Shown in pieces: positions 1 through 7,704 of a stretch of DNA of 64,000 nucleotides. Within the stretch, counting starts at the first letter, position 1. Every line of letters starts with the position of its first letter. Source of the DNA: a virus; the IMG/VR virus record IMGVR_UViG_3300045988_011313, positions 32,001 to 96,000 of that record; one strand, given 5' to 3'. Position numbers and translations under genes: made by a program. Under the pieces are notes generated by a model. The model was not told the origin of the DNA, did not search any database, and worked only from the letters and a program-made list of their open reading frames with translations.

Positions 1-1708
1 TCCTATCTGTCCATAAATCCAATACAAATATAGAACCCAAAGACATAGTATTTGACTCATCATCATCATAAGGGTCAGCACCTAATATGTACCTGTCATT
101 ATATGGTTTACCTGTATTCTTATCAATCTCAGGCATTTGGTATAACTCAATAGCACCCTCTATCTTATTATCCTTATGTGGAAAATCCCTGATAGGTGTA
201 GCAGAGGTAGGTTTATACTCTACCTGACCCTCTTTATTGAATACCAAATCACCTACATATACATCATCATACTCTGTAGGATTAGCATCCAATTGACCTA
301 TTCTCTCAGTCAAGTCAGCTACAGGGAACATATTTACACCTGTCTTAACAATAGCCTCAGCAGGAGTAATAGGAACCTCAGCAATGGTCTTAATGATAGT
401 ATTAGGGTCAGTAGAATTATACTTTACTCTGTACCTATTCATAAGAATCTCAATAAGAGCCTTAATCACATCAGATACACCATTCTCATTATAGCATCCC
501 TTTCTATTTACATAGCCAGGAAAGAAGAATACAAAGTAAGGTTTACCTTGGTTATACTTATCAAATACATTAGGCAAGGCATACATATTATAACCTTTCG
601 GATTATACATAATTTCCTGAGCACCAGCAAAGTCTGATTCATTATCACCAGCAGTACCTAACATATAGATTTGACCAAAGACAATATCACCTTCTTGTAC
701 TGAGGGCAACAATACATTATATAGGTCCACAAGTCTTGGAAATGTACCAAACTCCTCAATAAGAATCTTAGCAGCTCTCTTACCTCTCAACTTAGACTCA
801 TCATCCTTAGATGATACTCCGAGTACTGTATTTTGAGTACCTCTTTCAATATCAAGGTCTACATCCTTATATCCCATTATCCAAGTCATTTCTTGCAAAG
901 AGTTCTTTAATCTCTTTCTTGGAAACTGGGTATTGGTTGCACAGAAGTTAGCCATATCCACAAACTTATTAAGAACACCATCCTTAGTAAGGTACTCCTT
1001 CTGATAGGCAGTTACTATACCCTTTACCTTCTCATGTGCTTCCTCATTCTCACCTACTACAAAGATGTGGTTAAGTATGGATGCAAGACTATATGACTTA
1101 CCTTTACCTCTGGAAGCAAGCTCAGCCATGTGCTGACCTCCCTCAAAGTTATTATACAAGCCACCATTTGATGCTTGGTCTAAGCAATGAAATCTCCAAT
1201 AGATTCCTTCCCAACATTCAGGAAGTGCCTCTATTCTATCAGCTCTTTTAGACTTTCTCTTCTTGCCATTCTTATCCTTATACTCTCTAATCTTAGAGAG
1301 CATCATAGGAGAATAGTTAAGGAACCAATACATATAGCCTGTAACCCATTCTCCATCACTTTCCCTCACATAACCATCCCAGATTCTTCTCCTTTCCTCT
1401 CTTACCCACTTACCATATTCACTATTAGGATTGGCATTAGGTCTAAGGTTAGTAAATGTACCATACTTCTCATAATGTATAGCAGATGGTCTGAAATAGT
1501 CCATATCCTCCAATATATGAGGATTAGCCAAGTCCACAATGATTCTACCTCTATCATCTCTTGGTCTATCCTTGGCATGCTCTCTTGTAGGGCTTATCAA
1601 TCTCTTGACAAACTCTACATTATTTATAATATCAAATAACTGGTCCTGAACTTCCTGAGGAAGGGTATTAACCAATTCCTCAGTTAGCTCAGTTTGATAT
1701 TTATTCAT
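1..1708 (-). CDS. terL: Terminase large subunit, N-terminal ~569 aa; C-terminus lies beyond the window's 5' edge
   Basis: My own translation of the minus strand from ATG at 1708-1706 is open all the way to nt 1, so the ORF track missed it. It reads MNKYQTELTEE...AELASRGKGKSYSL (Walker A), AAKILIEEFG (Walker B plus catalytic E) and ILGADPYDDDES (start of the nuclease domain). The ATG overlaps the upstream stop (ATGAATAA). Confidence 0.8.
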   Translation of the reverse strand, partial: MNKYQTELTEELVNTLPQEVQDQLFDIINNVEFVKRLISPTREHAKDRPRDDRGRIIVDLANPHILEDMDYFRPSAIHYEKYGTFTNLRPNANPNSEYGKWVREERRRIWDGYVRESDGEWVTGYMYWFLNYSPMMLSKIREYKDKNGKKRKSKRADRIEALPECWEGIYWRFHCLDQASNGGLYNNFEGGQHMAELASRGKGKSYSLASILNHIFVVGENEEAHEKVKGIVTAYQKEYLTKDGVLNKFVDMANFCATNTQFPRKRLKNSLQEMTWIMGYKDVDLDIERGTQNTVLGVSSKDDESKLRGKRAAKILIEEFGTFPRLVDLYNVLLPSVQEGDIVFGQIYMLGTAGDNESDFAGAQEIMYNPKGYNMYALPNVFDKYNQGKPYFVFFFPGYVNRKGCYNENGVSDVIKALIEILMNRYRVKYNSTDPNTIIKTIAEVPITPAEAIVKTGVNMFPVADLTERIGQLDANPTEYDDVYVGDLVFNKEGQVEYKPTSATPIRDFPHKDNKIEGAIELYQMPEIDKNTGKPYNDRYILGADPYDDDESNTMSLGSIFVLDLWTDR

Positions 1709-2054
1709 TGGTATCTTTTGAAACTCCATTATATTCTCCCTTTATAACTGCTTCATAAGAATAAGAGCCTATCCAATTGAATATTAGTGTACTTAACCTA
1801 ATATTCATCTCTCTTAACATATTCTCTTCCTGACCATCAGGAACCTTAGCAGTATGTTGTACTGCTATTACTCTATAAGATTTACCTTTTTTAGTGAACC
1901 AAAGAGTGTACTTGTAAATCTTATAAACCTTGAATGAGGAATGAGGTATGATTTCTCTCTGTAATACTATGTGCCCTGCATTTTCAATTCCCCTTTCACT
2001 TCTCCTTGTCTCAATGTATTTATTAAGACCTTCTATAATATCTTCTGCTTTCAT
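1701..2054 (-). CDS. Hypothetical protein (117 aa)
   Basis: ORF track. Its stop overlaps the terL start, and it is packed on the same strand as its neighbours. Confidence 0.7.
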   Translation of the reverse strand: MKAEDIIEGLNKYIETRRSERGIENAGHIVLQREIIPHSSFKVYKIYKYTLWFTKKGKSYRVIAVQHTAKVPDGQEENMLREMNIRLSTLIFNWIGSYSYEAVIKGEYNGVSKDTNE

Positions 2055-2056
2055 AG

Positions 2057-2596
2057 TTATAGTGTCAAGTCATCTTCAAATATAGTCTTTTCTCCCTGTC
2101 CTCTCATCCTACCTGACTCTCTCATTTCAGAGTTAAGTGCCTTTTCAGCCTCATTGAGGTCTTTCACAAGAGAAGGTATTTGCTTAATGAGGGCACCTGC
2201 TTCTTTCAAGTCCTTAATTTCAAGTTCATCAAACTCTTGGGCTTTTAATCTTTTCCTATACTTATCAACCATAAACCTTGTGTCTTCAAGGAGTAAAGCT
2301 GAGATTGGCTTAAAGGACTTATAAAATTCCATTGCCCCTGTTACTATTCTGTCTGGTTCCCATTTAGGAGGTAATCCCTCTCCCTCTTTAATAGCTTCCA
2401 TTCTTTCCTTGTCATCTACAAGGTACTGATAGTCACTTCTTGGGTCGCAGAAAAAATAAATAAACCCAAGTTCCATAATAGCCTTATCCTTATTAACAGT
2501 CTTATCTCTTTGCCATATTTGTCTGAAAGGTTTAAGAGCAAAGGCTTCCTCAGATATTACTACTTTGTAACCTTCATATTTGAACAATTTTATCAT
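2057..2596 (-). CDS. Hypothetical protein (179 aa) upstream of terL; I recognise no motif
   Basis: ORF track; 2-nt gap to the next gene. Confidence 0.7.
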   Translation of the reverse strand: MIKLFKYEGYKVVISEEAFALKPFRQIWQRDKTVNKDKAIMELGFIYFFCDPRSDYQYLVDDKERMEAIKEGEGLPPKWEPDRIVTGAMEFYKSFKPISALLLEDTRFMVDKYRKRLKAQEFDELEIKDLKEAGALIKQIPSLVKDLNEAEKALNSEMRESGRMRGQGEKTIFEDDLTL

Positions 2597-2603
2597 AATC
2601 TAA

Positions 2604-2647
2604 GAAAAAAAAAGAGTGTATCAAGATTAGTTTTCCTGATACACTCT
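2604..2647 (-). terminator. Intrinsic terminator (minus strand)
   Basis: 11-bp stem AGAGTGTATCA/TGATACACTCT (2613-2623 / 2637-2647). On the minus strand it is followed by a run of 9 T (plus-strand A-run 2604-2612). Confidence 0.6.
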
Positions 2648-2653
2648 TTTGAG

Positions 2654-3079
2654 TTATATAATTAGTTTCTTCTTCTCTGGTTGAATGATTGGTGAAGGAG
2701 TTGGGTCAGGAACTTCCTCATACTCTTCAATAATGAAGTCAATATCCCTATCTTGTAACAATAAGCACTGCTTTCCATCCATCTCAACAACATCAAAGTT
2801 GTAAGTTATGATAGGGTTATCAGTGATTACTCCATCCTTTAGAGAACCTTCTCTGTGTTTCTTTACACCAAATCTTGTAGGATTAACCCATACCAAGTCA
2901 CCAACTTTAATGTCTCTAACAGAGCTGCCCACTGCAAGTACCCTCTGATATTCCTTCAAGCTGCCTTCTCTCTTAGTCACATCAATAAGACCTGCTCCTA
3001 CCATCATATCATGGTCATACTTATCCATTGTAGTGATAAGTGCAGTGAACATTGGCTTTATCTTTTTTACTTTTAACAT
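2654..3079 (-). CDS. GroES/gp31-like co-chaperonin candidate (141 aa)
   Basis: The pattern KIKPMF...GLIDV...QRVLAVGSSVRDIKVGDLVWVN...DGKQCLLLQDRDIDFII parallels GroES (IKPL..RVLV...G.VLAVG.G...VKVGD.V.F....G.E.LI....DIL). Confidence 0.4.
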   Translation of the reverse strand: MLKVKKIKPMFTALITTMDKYDHDMMVGAGLIDVTKREGSLKEYQRVLAVGSSVRDIKVGDLVWVNPTRFGVKKHREGSLKDGVITDNPIITYNFDVVEMDGKQCLLLQDRDIDFIIEEYEEVPDPTPSPIIQPEKKKLII

Positions 3080-3345
3080 TTCTTCTCCCTTATCTGTTTA
3101 ATAAACTTGAGTCTCTTTTTCATACCTAACATCCTATCATAAGTGCAAGTCAATTTACCCAGTGATGGAATGTTGAAATTTGTTCTTAACTTAGCAAAAT
3201 CCTCTTCATTAAGATTCTCCTTTAATGGCAAGGACTGTATGGATTGGTTAATGAATAACCAAAATGCCTTATATGTCTTATCTACCACTTCTTTAGGTAA
3301 ATTCAACTCTTCAGAAACCTTACCAATTATATCAGGATAATTCAT
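3073..3345 (-). CDS. HU/IHF-like DNA-binding protein candidate (90 aa)
   Basis: The N-terminus DIIGKVSEELNLPKEVVDKTYKAFWLFINQSIQ resembles HU helices 1-2, and FNIPSLGKL resembles the L.GFGTF strand. The arm region is divergent. Confidence 0.35.
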   Translation of the reverse strand: MNYPDIIGKVSEELNLPKEVVDKTYKAFWLFINQSIQSLPLKENLNEEDFAKLRTNFNIPSLGKLTCTYDRMLGMKKRLKFIKQIREKKC

Positions 3346-3722
3346 TTCAATTCAAAAAGTAACAATAGTTGGAAAGTGCCAGTTTCCTCATCAATGTTAG
3401 GAATAAACCTTGGATTAATCTTGCCATCAATGATAACCTTATTCTTCCTTAGCTTGCCCATAATTACTTGAAAGTGTGGGAGAGTGATATTACACTCTTC
3501 CCTTACTTTCTTCTTTGTATCTTCACTCATTGTAACCTTATCAAGTATCTCATTGTCCTTGATAACTTTACTGAGTTCATATCTCTGCTTAACAAAGGAT
3601 GTAATTACATCAATCTCTCTATCAGTTAGCTTATGAAAAGGCTCTAAAAATTTGAACCAATACCTGAAGAAGCTTCCACTCAAAGAACATGGTACTCTAA
3701 CTATATTATTAGGCTTCTTCAT
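3342..3722 (-). CDS. Hypothetical protein (126 aa)
   Basis: ORF track; 4-nt overlap with the downstream gene. Confidence 0.7.
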   Translation of the reverse strand: MKKPNNIVRVPCSLSGSFFRYWFKFLEPFHKLTDREIDVITSFVKQRYELSKVIKDNEILDKVTMSEDTKKKVREECNITLPHFQVIMGKLRKNKVIIDGKINPRFIPNIDEETGTFQLLLLFELK

Positions 3723-3733
3723 ATATGACTATA

Positions 3734-4066
3734 CTAATCTTCAGTTTTAATATCTGGTGTTTCCCTTTCCTTGTTATCTTCCTCAGCCTCTTCAGGGACT
3801 GTCATAATTTCCTCAATCTCAGCAATACACTTTTCAAGGAAGTCCTGCTTAAACATATGTCCATTCTCTACTACCTTAAACAAGTAGTCAAGTCTCTTGA
3901 ACATATTACTCATATTAGCAGCCTGTAACTTCATATACAACTGCTTAGCCTGCTCACTAAGCTGATGGGCTATGTTCTCTAACTGCTCATAAGACATCTT
4001 CTCAGGTCTCTCTGCTTCCTTTGTTACTGGTTGCATCTCTGCAACCTTTTTCTTTTGCTCTTCCAT
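3734..4066 (-). CDS. Hypothetical acidic coiled-coil protein (110 aa)
   Basis: ORF track. The antisense 3725-3928 ORF is low-complexity. Confidence 0.65.
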   Translation of the reverse strand: MEEQKKKVAEMQPVTKEAERPEKMSYEQLENIAHQLSEQAKQLYMKLQAANMSNMFKRLDYLFKVVENGHMFKQDFLEKCIAEIEEIMTVPEEAEEDNKERETPDIKTED

Positions 4067-4086
4067 TTTACTTTATAATTAAGTTA

Positions 4087-4308
4087 TTAATACTCTTCGA
4101 GGTATCTATGCCCATATCTATTCTTGTAGAGGGTCTCCCATTCCTCTATTGAACATTCTCCTATATCAGTGGAGCCACACTTATCACAGTAATCTGAATC
4201 CTCCATTCTTGGAATGTTCCTAATATTCAATGATAGGCAATGCTTGCAGTATAATACTGGCACCTCATTGTAATCATTAGGCTGATTTTCTGTGTTTAAG
4301 TTGCTCAT
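4087..4308 (-). CDS. Zinc-ribbon protein (73 aa)
   Basis: Two CxxC pairs: CKHC...CDKC. Confidence 0.6.
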   Translation of the reverse strand: MSNLNTENQPNDYNEVPVLYCKHCLSLNIRNIPRMEDSDYCDKCGSTDIGECSIEEWETLYKNRYGHRYLEEY

Positions 4309-4579
4309 AAATCATCTTCTTTCTGTCATTCAGACTATTTTTACCATGCTTAGCATTGTTAAAAGGTCTCTTAGGATAAATAAATCCATCAAGAGATATA
4401 TGACCTCTTCTGATTGCTCTCCCTACAGACTTAAACTTGCTTACTGCTTCGTAAGTTCTTAGGTGAAGAATACCTCTTTCATAGAAATCTCCTACAGTAT
4501 CTACTCTATTCTTCTTTATGTAATCCTTGAACTCCTCTTCACTCATCAAGGGTCTTTCTATTGTCTTCTGCTCTTCCAT
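4277..4579 (-). CDS. Hypothetical basic protein (100 aa)
   Basis: ORF track. Confidence 0.6.
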   Translation of the reverse strand: MEEQKTIERPLMSEEEFKDYIKKNRVDTVGDFYERGILHLRTYEAVSKFKSVGRAIRRGHISLDGFIYPKRPFNNAKHGKNSLNDRKKMIYEQLKHRKSA

Positions 4580-4591
4580 TTTTATAATGTT

Positions 4592-4789
4592 TTATTTAAA
4601 GTAGATTAATACAAACTGACCATTTTCTTTAAGTAGAGAAACTATATCCTCCCTCTTAATCCCTTCCTCACTGGCTGACCTTACAATACCCCTGATTGTA
4701 GTATCAGTTAATGCAGTCATAATTTGATGAACCTCTGAACCATTGGTCTTTTTGGTTCTTGTCATCTTTGTCTTTTCTATCTCTTCCAT
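4592..4789 (-). CDS. Hypothetical protein (65 aa; start trimmed to the internal Met)
   Basis: The first 41 codons of the track ORF 4592-4912 are translated tRNA sequence. MEEIEKTK starts at 4789. Confidence 0.5.
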   Translation of the reverse strand: MEEIEKTKMTRTKKTNGSEVHQIMTALTDTTIRGIVRSASEEGIKREDIVSLLKENGQFVLIYFK

Positions 4790-4803
4790 ATTACCTAAAT
4801 TAG

Positions 4804-4876
4804 TTGCGGGGGAGAGACTCGAACTCTCAACCTCAAGGTTATGAGCCTTGCTAGCTACCATTGCTATCACCCCACG
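4804..4876 (-). tRNA. tRNA-fMet(CAT), initiator type
   Basis: CGTGGGG...CCCCGCA-A gives a C1.A72 mismatch and A73, as in bacterial initiators. Anticodon loop CTCATAA; T-loop TTCGAGT. Confidence 0.8.
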
Positions 4877-4887
4877 ATGTATATTTG

Positions 4888-4959
4888 AGCAGATAGTGGG
4901 AATCGAACCCACACATTAACATTGGAAGTGTTACATACTAACCTTTATACTATACCTGC
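4888..4959 (-). tRNA. tRNA-Gly(TCC)
   Basis: Acceptor GCAGGTA/TATCTGC; anticodon loop CTTCCAA; T-arm GTGGG-TTCGATT-CCCAC. Confidence 0.8.
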
Positions 4960-4964
4960 ATTTG

Positions 4965-5037
4965 AGTAGATAATCAGACTTGAACTGACCCCTTGACATT
5001 GGCAATGTCATATGCTAACCACTAACACCATACCTAC
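4965..5037 (-). tRNA. tRNA-Gly(GCC)
   Basis: Acceptor GTAGGTA/TATCTAC; anticodon loop TTGCCAA. Confidence 0.8.
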
Positions 5038-5044
5038 ATTATAG

Positions 5045-5118
5045 AGCCTCCTGAAGGATTTGAACCCTCTCTTCCTGTTTACAAGACAGGCTTGCTAAAC
5101 CATTAACACTAAGGAGGC
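5045..5118 (-). tRNA. tRNA-Thr(TGT)
   Basis: Acceptor GCCTCCT/AGGAGGC; anticodon arm CCTGT-CTTGTAA-ACAGG. Confidence 0.8.
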
Positions 5119-5122
5119 ATTG

Positions 5123-5206
5123 TAGTCTAAGAGGGATTTGAACCCTCAATCCCTAAAGGGCGAGGGATTTTAAGTCCCTTGTGTATTCCAGTTCCACCAT
5201 TAGACC
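5123..5206 (-). tRNA. tRNA-Leu(TAA), class II
   Basis: Anticodon arm AGGGA-CTTAAAA-TCCCT, long variable arm, T-arm GAGGG-TTCAAAT-CCCTC. Confidence 0.8.
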
Positions 5207-5667
5207 ATTTTATTTTTCCCTCTGTAATTGTCTGTCAGAGCATGACAATTAGGACATAAGAGCTGTAAATTACCTATTTCATTATTACTATTATTACCAT
5301 CTTTGTGATGCAGCTCTAAAGGTATCTTTTGTCCTTGCCATTCAGACAACCCACATCTCTCACATCTATATTCTTTTATATTTTCTGAAAGTAATCTTCT
5401 CTTTAGATTGTTTGAGTTATATCTTGAAGGATTTACAAGAATCCTACTAAGAGGGAATTTCTTAACTACTGGAGAATATCTTTCACCAGAGTTCCATCCC
5501 TGACCTGTAAAGTGGGAAGTATCTATATTGTATAAATCAATTGCTTGATGTATAGTTCTGTAATTCCCTCCTACAGGCTTTATATGCAGGTATCTACATA
5601 CTTGTGCTATACTAAGACTGTTTCTTATAGCCTCTTCATATACTTCTCTACTTCTCAGTTTTGTCAT
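5200..5667 (-). CDS. HNH homing endonuclease (155 aa)
   Basis: HNH core ELHHKDGNNSNNEIGNLQLLCPNCHA preceded by CERCG. The last 7 nt, including the stop, overlap the 5' end of tRNA-Leu(TAA). Confidence 0.8.
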   Translation of the reverse strand: MTKLRSREVYEEAIRNSLSIAQVCRYLHIKPVGGNYRTIHQAIDLYNIDTSHFTGQGWNSGERYSPVVKKFPLSRILVNPSRYNSNNLKRRLLSENIKEYRCERCGLSEWQGQKIPLELHHKDGNNSNNEIGNLQLLCPNCHALTDNYRGKNKMV

Positions 5668-6113
5668 TAGTAAGGTCTTATATCACATAAGTGGAATAAG
5701 TAGTCATACTTATTGATATTCTGAATAAAGGTCTCACATTCAGATGTTATACCTTTATATATGGTCTCTTGAGGAATCTTATCATAGAATGCAATAGTAG
5801 CAGACTTAACTTCACTTATAAAGTCAAAAGCATTCAGTGCATCACTTGGAGTTCCTTTGATTACATTAGGTTGCATCTTACCAAGTATTCCCATATACCC
5901 TTCTGCAAGCCCATCCTGATAATCTGACAATATATCAAGGAACTCATCAAGATATACATGGATATTCTTCTTAGGTGCTGCCCAATGCAGATTCTTACAC
6001 TTAGTCTTCCAACCTTCAAGCTGATTTAAGAAGTTGATAAAGAGCTGAGAACCAGACACTTCAGTACTTCTGCTTGATTCCATTGGGGTAAATAGATTAT
6101 CTTCTCCAAACAT
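5667..6113 (-). CDS. Dps/ferritin-like protein candidate (148 aa)
   Basis: LFINFLNQLEGWKTKCKNLHWAAPKKNIHVYLDEFLDILSDYQDGLAE parallels the Dps signature (LN...K..HW...G..F..H..LDE......D.AER). Confidence 0.45.
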   Translation of the reverse strand: MFGEDNLFTPMESSRSTEVSGSQLFINFLNQLEGWKTKCKNLHWAAPKKNIHVYLDEFLDILSDYQDGLAEGYMGILGKMQPNVIKGTPSDALNAFDFISEVKSATIAFYDKIPQETIYKGITSECETFIQNINKYDYLFHLCDIRPY

Positions 6114-6133
6114 ATTCTCTTATTTTGATGGTG

Positions 6134-6165
6134 CAAAGATAAGTATTTTAATTGAAATATGCAAG
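6134..6165 (-). promoter_or_regulatory. Bacteroidota sigma-A-type promoter (minus strand)
   Basis: The minus strand reads TTGC-N19-TATCTTTGCA, which matches the -33 TTTG / -7 TAnnTTTG architecture. It lies about 20 nt upstream of the ATG at 6113. Confidence 0.5.
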
Positions 6166-6192
6166 TAAAATACTATATTTTTTTTTTATTTT

Positions 6193-6513
6193 TTAAAAAT
6201 AAAATACAGAGAGTAGAGTATAAGCTATTTTTGCCCATATACTCTGATTTATATTTAAATCTACTGTACCTGTCCTTCTTCTTTTTATATGTAAAAAGTA
6301 TAATAGATTATGTGCTCTCCATTCATTAACCATACCAAATATACTTCTCTTGTGTATAGCATAAGAATTATCACATGTGTTTCTTATCTTCTTTAAGACA
6401 TTAACCATGTCATTTATTCTCCTTATCCTATAAGAGTCTGTTATAGAAGTATTATAGGTACTTAAAAGCACATTAATAATGTACTCACTATATTTAATAT
6501 TAATCATTTTCAT
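6193..6513 (-). CDS. Hypothetical protein (106 aa)
   Basis: ORF track. The start codon lies 2 nt from the 3' end of tRNA-Leu(TAG). Confidence 0.55.
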   Translation of the reverse strand: MKMINIKYSEYIINVLLSTYNTSITDSYRIRRINDMVNVLKKIRNTCDNSYAIHKRSIFGMVNEWRAHNLLYFLHIKRRRTGTVDLNINQSIWAKIAYTLLSVFYF

Positions 6514-6515
6514 AG

Positions 6516-6604
6516 TACCCTCTAAGAGACTCGAACTCTTACACTACTATTACTTCATGTCTGCTTCTAAGGCAGATGTGTCTACCAAATTCCACCAAGA
6601 GGGC
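6516..6604 (-). tRNA. tRNA-Leu(TAG), class II
   Basis: Acceptor GCCCTCT/AGAGGGT; anticodon arm TCTGC-CTTAGAA-GCAGA; long variable arm. Confidence 0.8.
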
Positions 6605-6796
6605 ATATAGCCTTTGACCACCTTCGGCTATTAAAGTGAATGATACGACATTCATTAGGGGCTAGTCTTACTCTGTAAATATTATTAATATTCAGAAACC
6701 CTAAGAGTTACGTTGCTACATATAATCTAGAACTCATAGCTTTGTTAGTTCTTTTTAAGTGCTCACATACCTTGGTTAAATATGCAAGCACTACTG

Positions 6797-6871
6797 TGGG
6801 TGCTCAAAGAATCGAACTTTGTTCTAAGGATTTTCAGTCCTCCGCAATGTAACCATACCTGCCCAACACCC
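6797..6871 (-). tRNA. tRNA-Phe(GAA)
   Basis: Acceptor GGGTGTT/AGCACCC; anticodon loop CTGAAAA; T-arm CAAAG-TTCGATT-CTTTG. Confidence 0.75.
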
Positions 6872-6939
6872 ATAATGACTTATTTGTGTCTCTACCCACA
6901 TCACTTTCCATAAGTCAAGGACAAAGATTTCTATTGAAG

Positions 6940-7022
6940 TGGGGCAGAAAGGAATTGAACCTTAAATAGCCTGAGGCAGTGGATTTACAGTCCACACTAA
7001 TTCACCACATTAAAGCTACCCC
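6940..7022 (-). tRNA. tRNA-Tyr(GTA), class II
   Basis: Acceptor GGGGTAG/CTGCCCC; anticodon arm GTGGA-CTGTAAA-TCCAC; long variable arm. Confidence 0.8.
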
Positions 7023-7054
7023 ATATAATATTTATTACTCACTCCAACATCAAA

Positions 7055-7082
7055 GGAACTATATTCCAATTGGAATAGTTCC
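7055..7082 (-). other. Stable hairpin at the end of the mini-ORF
   Basis: GGAACT(AT)ATTCC-AATT-GGAAT-AGTTCC. On the minus strand it is followed by TTTG. Confidence 0.4.
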
Positions 7083-7166
7083 TGTAGGTGTCCAAGCATA
7101 AGACTTAGCAGCCTGTCTAAAATATGCCTTAGCACCTTTCTTAATTAATGAAATAACCTTTTTCAT
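7059..7166 (-). CDS. Possible 35-aa basic mini-protein (MKKVISLIKKGAKAYFRQAAKSYAWTPTGTIPIGI)
   Basis: My own translation; the ORF is below the track's length cut-off. It fills an otherwise unexplained 180-nt gap in the tRNA array. Confidence 0.3.
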   Translation of the reverse strand: MKKVISLIKKGAKAYFRQAAKSYAWTPTGTIPIGI

Positions 7167-7201
7167 AACAATTAAAAATTTGAAGTTAATAATATGTTAT
7201 G

Positions 7202-7274
7202 TTCCCCCATAAGGAATCGAACCTTACTCTCCAGATTAAAAGTCTAGAGCATCCACCATCAATGCTTTGGGGGA
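7202..7274 (-). tRNA. tRNA-Lys(TTT)
   Basis: Acceptor TCCCCCA/TGGGGGA; anticodon loop CTTTTAA. Confidence 0.8.
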
Positions 7275-7296
7275 GTATTTGCCAAGGTTGAGGTTG

Positions 7297-7370
7297 TGCT
7301 CCCACAAGGACTTGAACCTTGAGTCCCCTGTTTAAGAGACAGGTGCTTTAACCAATTCAGCTATAGGAGC
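7297..7370 (-). tRNA. tRNA-Lys(CTT)
   Basis: Acceptor GCTCCTA/TGGGAGC; anticodon arm CCTGT-CTCTTAA-ACAGG. Confidence 0.8.
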
Positions 7371-7371
7371 A

Positions 7372-7623
7372 TTATTTCTTTTCATACTTTTCAGACCATG
7401 CCTTAGTAATACCTGCTGATGCAAATACTCCAGCAACAGCACCTATATAAGCAGCAAGACCATTAAGGTCTGTCTGTATGGTATGATTATAACATATTTC
7501 TATTATAAGAAGTACAGCAGGAACTGATAGTAGGATTAAACCTATTAAAGTAACTGCCACTAAGAAGAAGTTCTTTGAAGAAATTCCTGTATTGTTCTTT
7601 ATAAGTTTATCTATATAACACAT
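7372..7623 (-). CDS. Small two-TM membrane protein (83 aa; holin-like topology)
   Basis: The track ORF 7372-7650 is trimmed to MCYIDKL because its first 9 codons are tRNA-Cys sequence. It has two hydrophobic helices and a charged C-terminus. Confidence 0.5.
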   Translation of the reverse strand: MCYIDKLIKNNTGISSKNFFLVAVTLIGLILLSVPAVLLIIEICYNHTIQTDLNGLAAYIGAVAGVFASAGITKAWSEKYEKK

Positions 7624-7625
7624 AG

Positions 7626-7700
7626 ACTTGGAGGTGGGATTTGAACCCACGAATCATCAGATTTGCAGTCTGTGCCCTTAGACCACTTAGGTACTCCAAG
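7626..7700 (-). tRNA. tRNA-Cys(GCA)
   Basis: Acceptor CTTGGAG/CTCCAAG; anticodon loop CTGCAAA; T-arm GTGGG-TTCAAAT-CCCAC. Confidence 0.75.
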
Positions 7701-7704
7701 ATAG

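Noticed and set aside
176-1639. Plus-strand track ORFs 176-637 and 1187-1639
   Set aside because: They are low-complexity, Ile/Leu/Ser-rich translations that lie antisense to the continuous minus-strand terminase ORF (1-1708), which has clear Walker motifs.
4790-4912. N-terminal 41 codons of track ORF 4592-4912, and likewise 7624-7650 and 16728-16769
   Set aside because: These extensions are translations of tRNA or tmRNA sequence (for example MGSNPTSKS is a T-arm). I trimmed the starts to the first Met outside the RNA genes.
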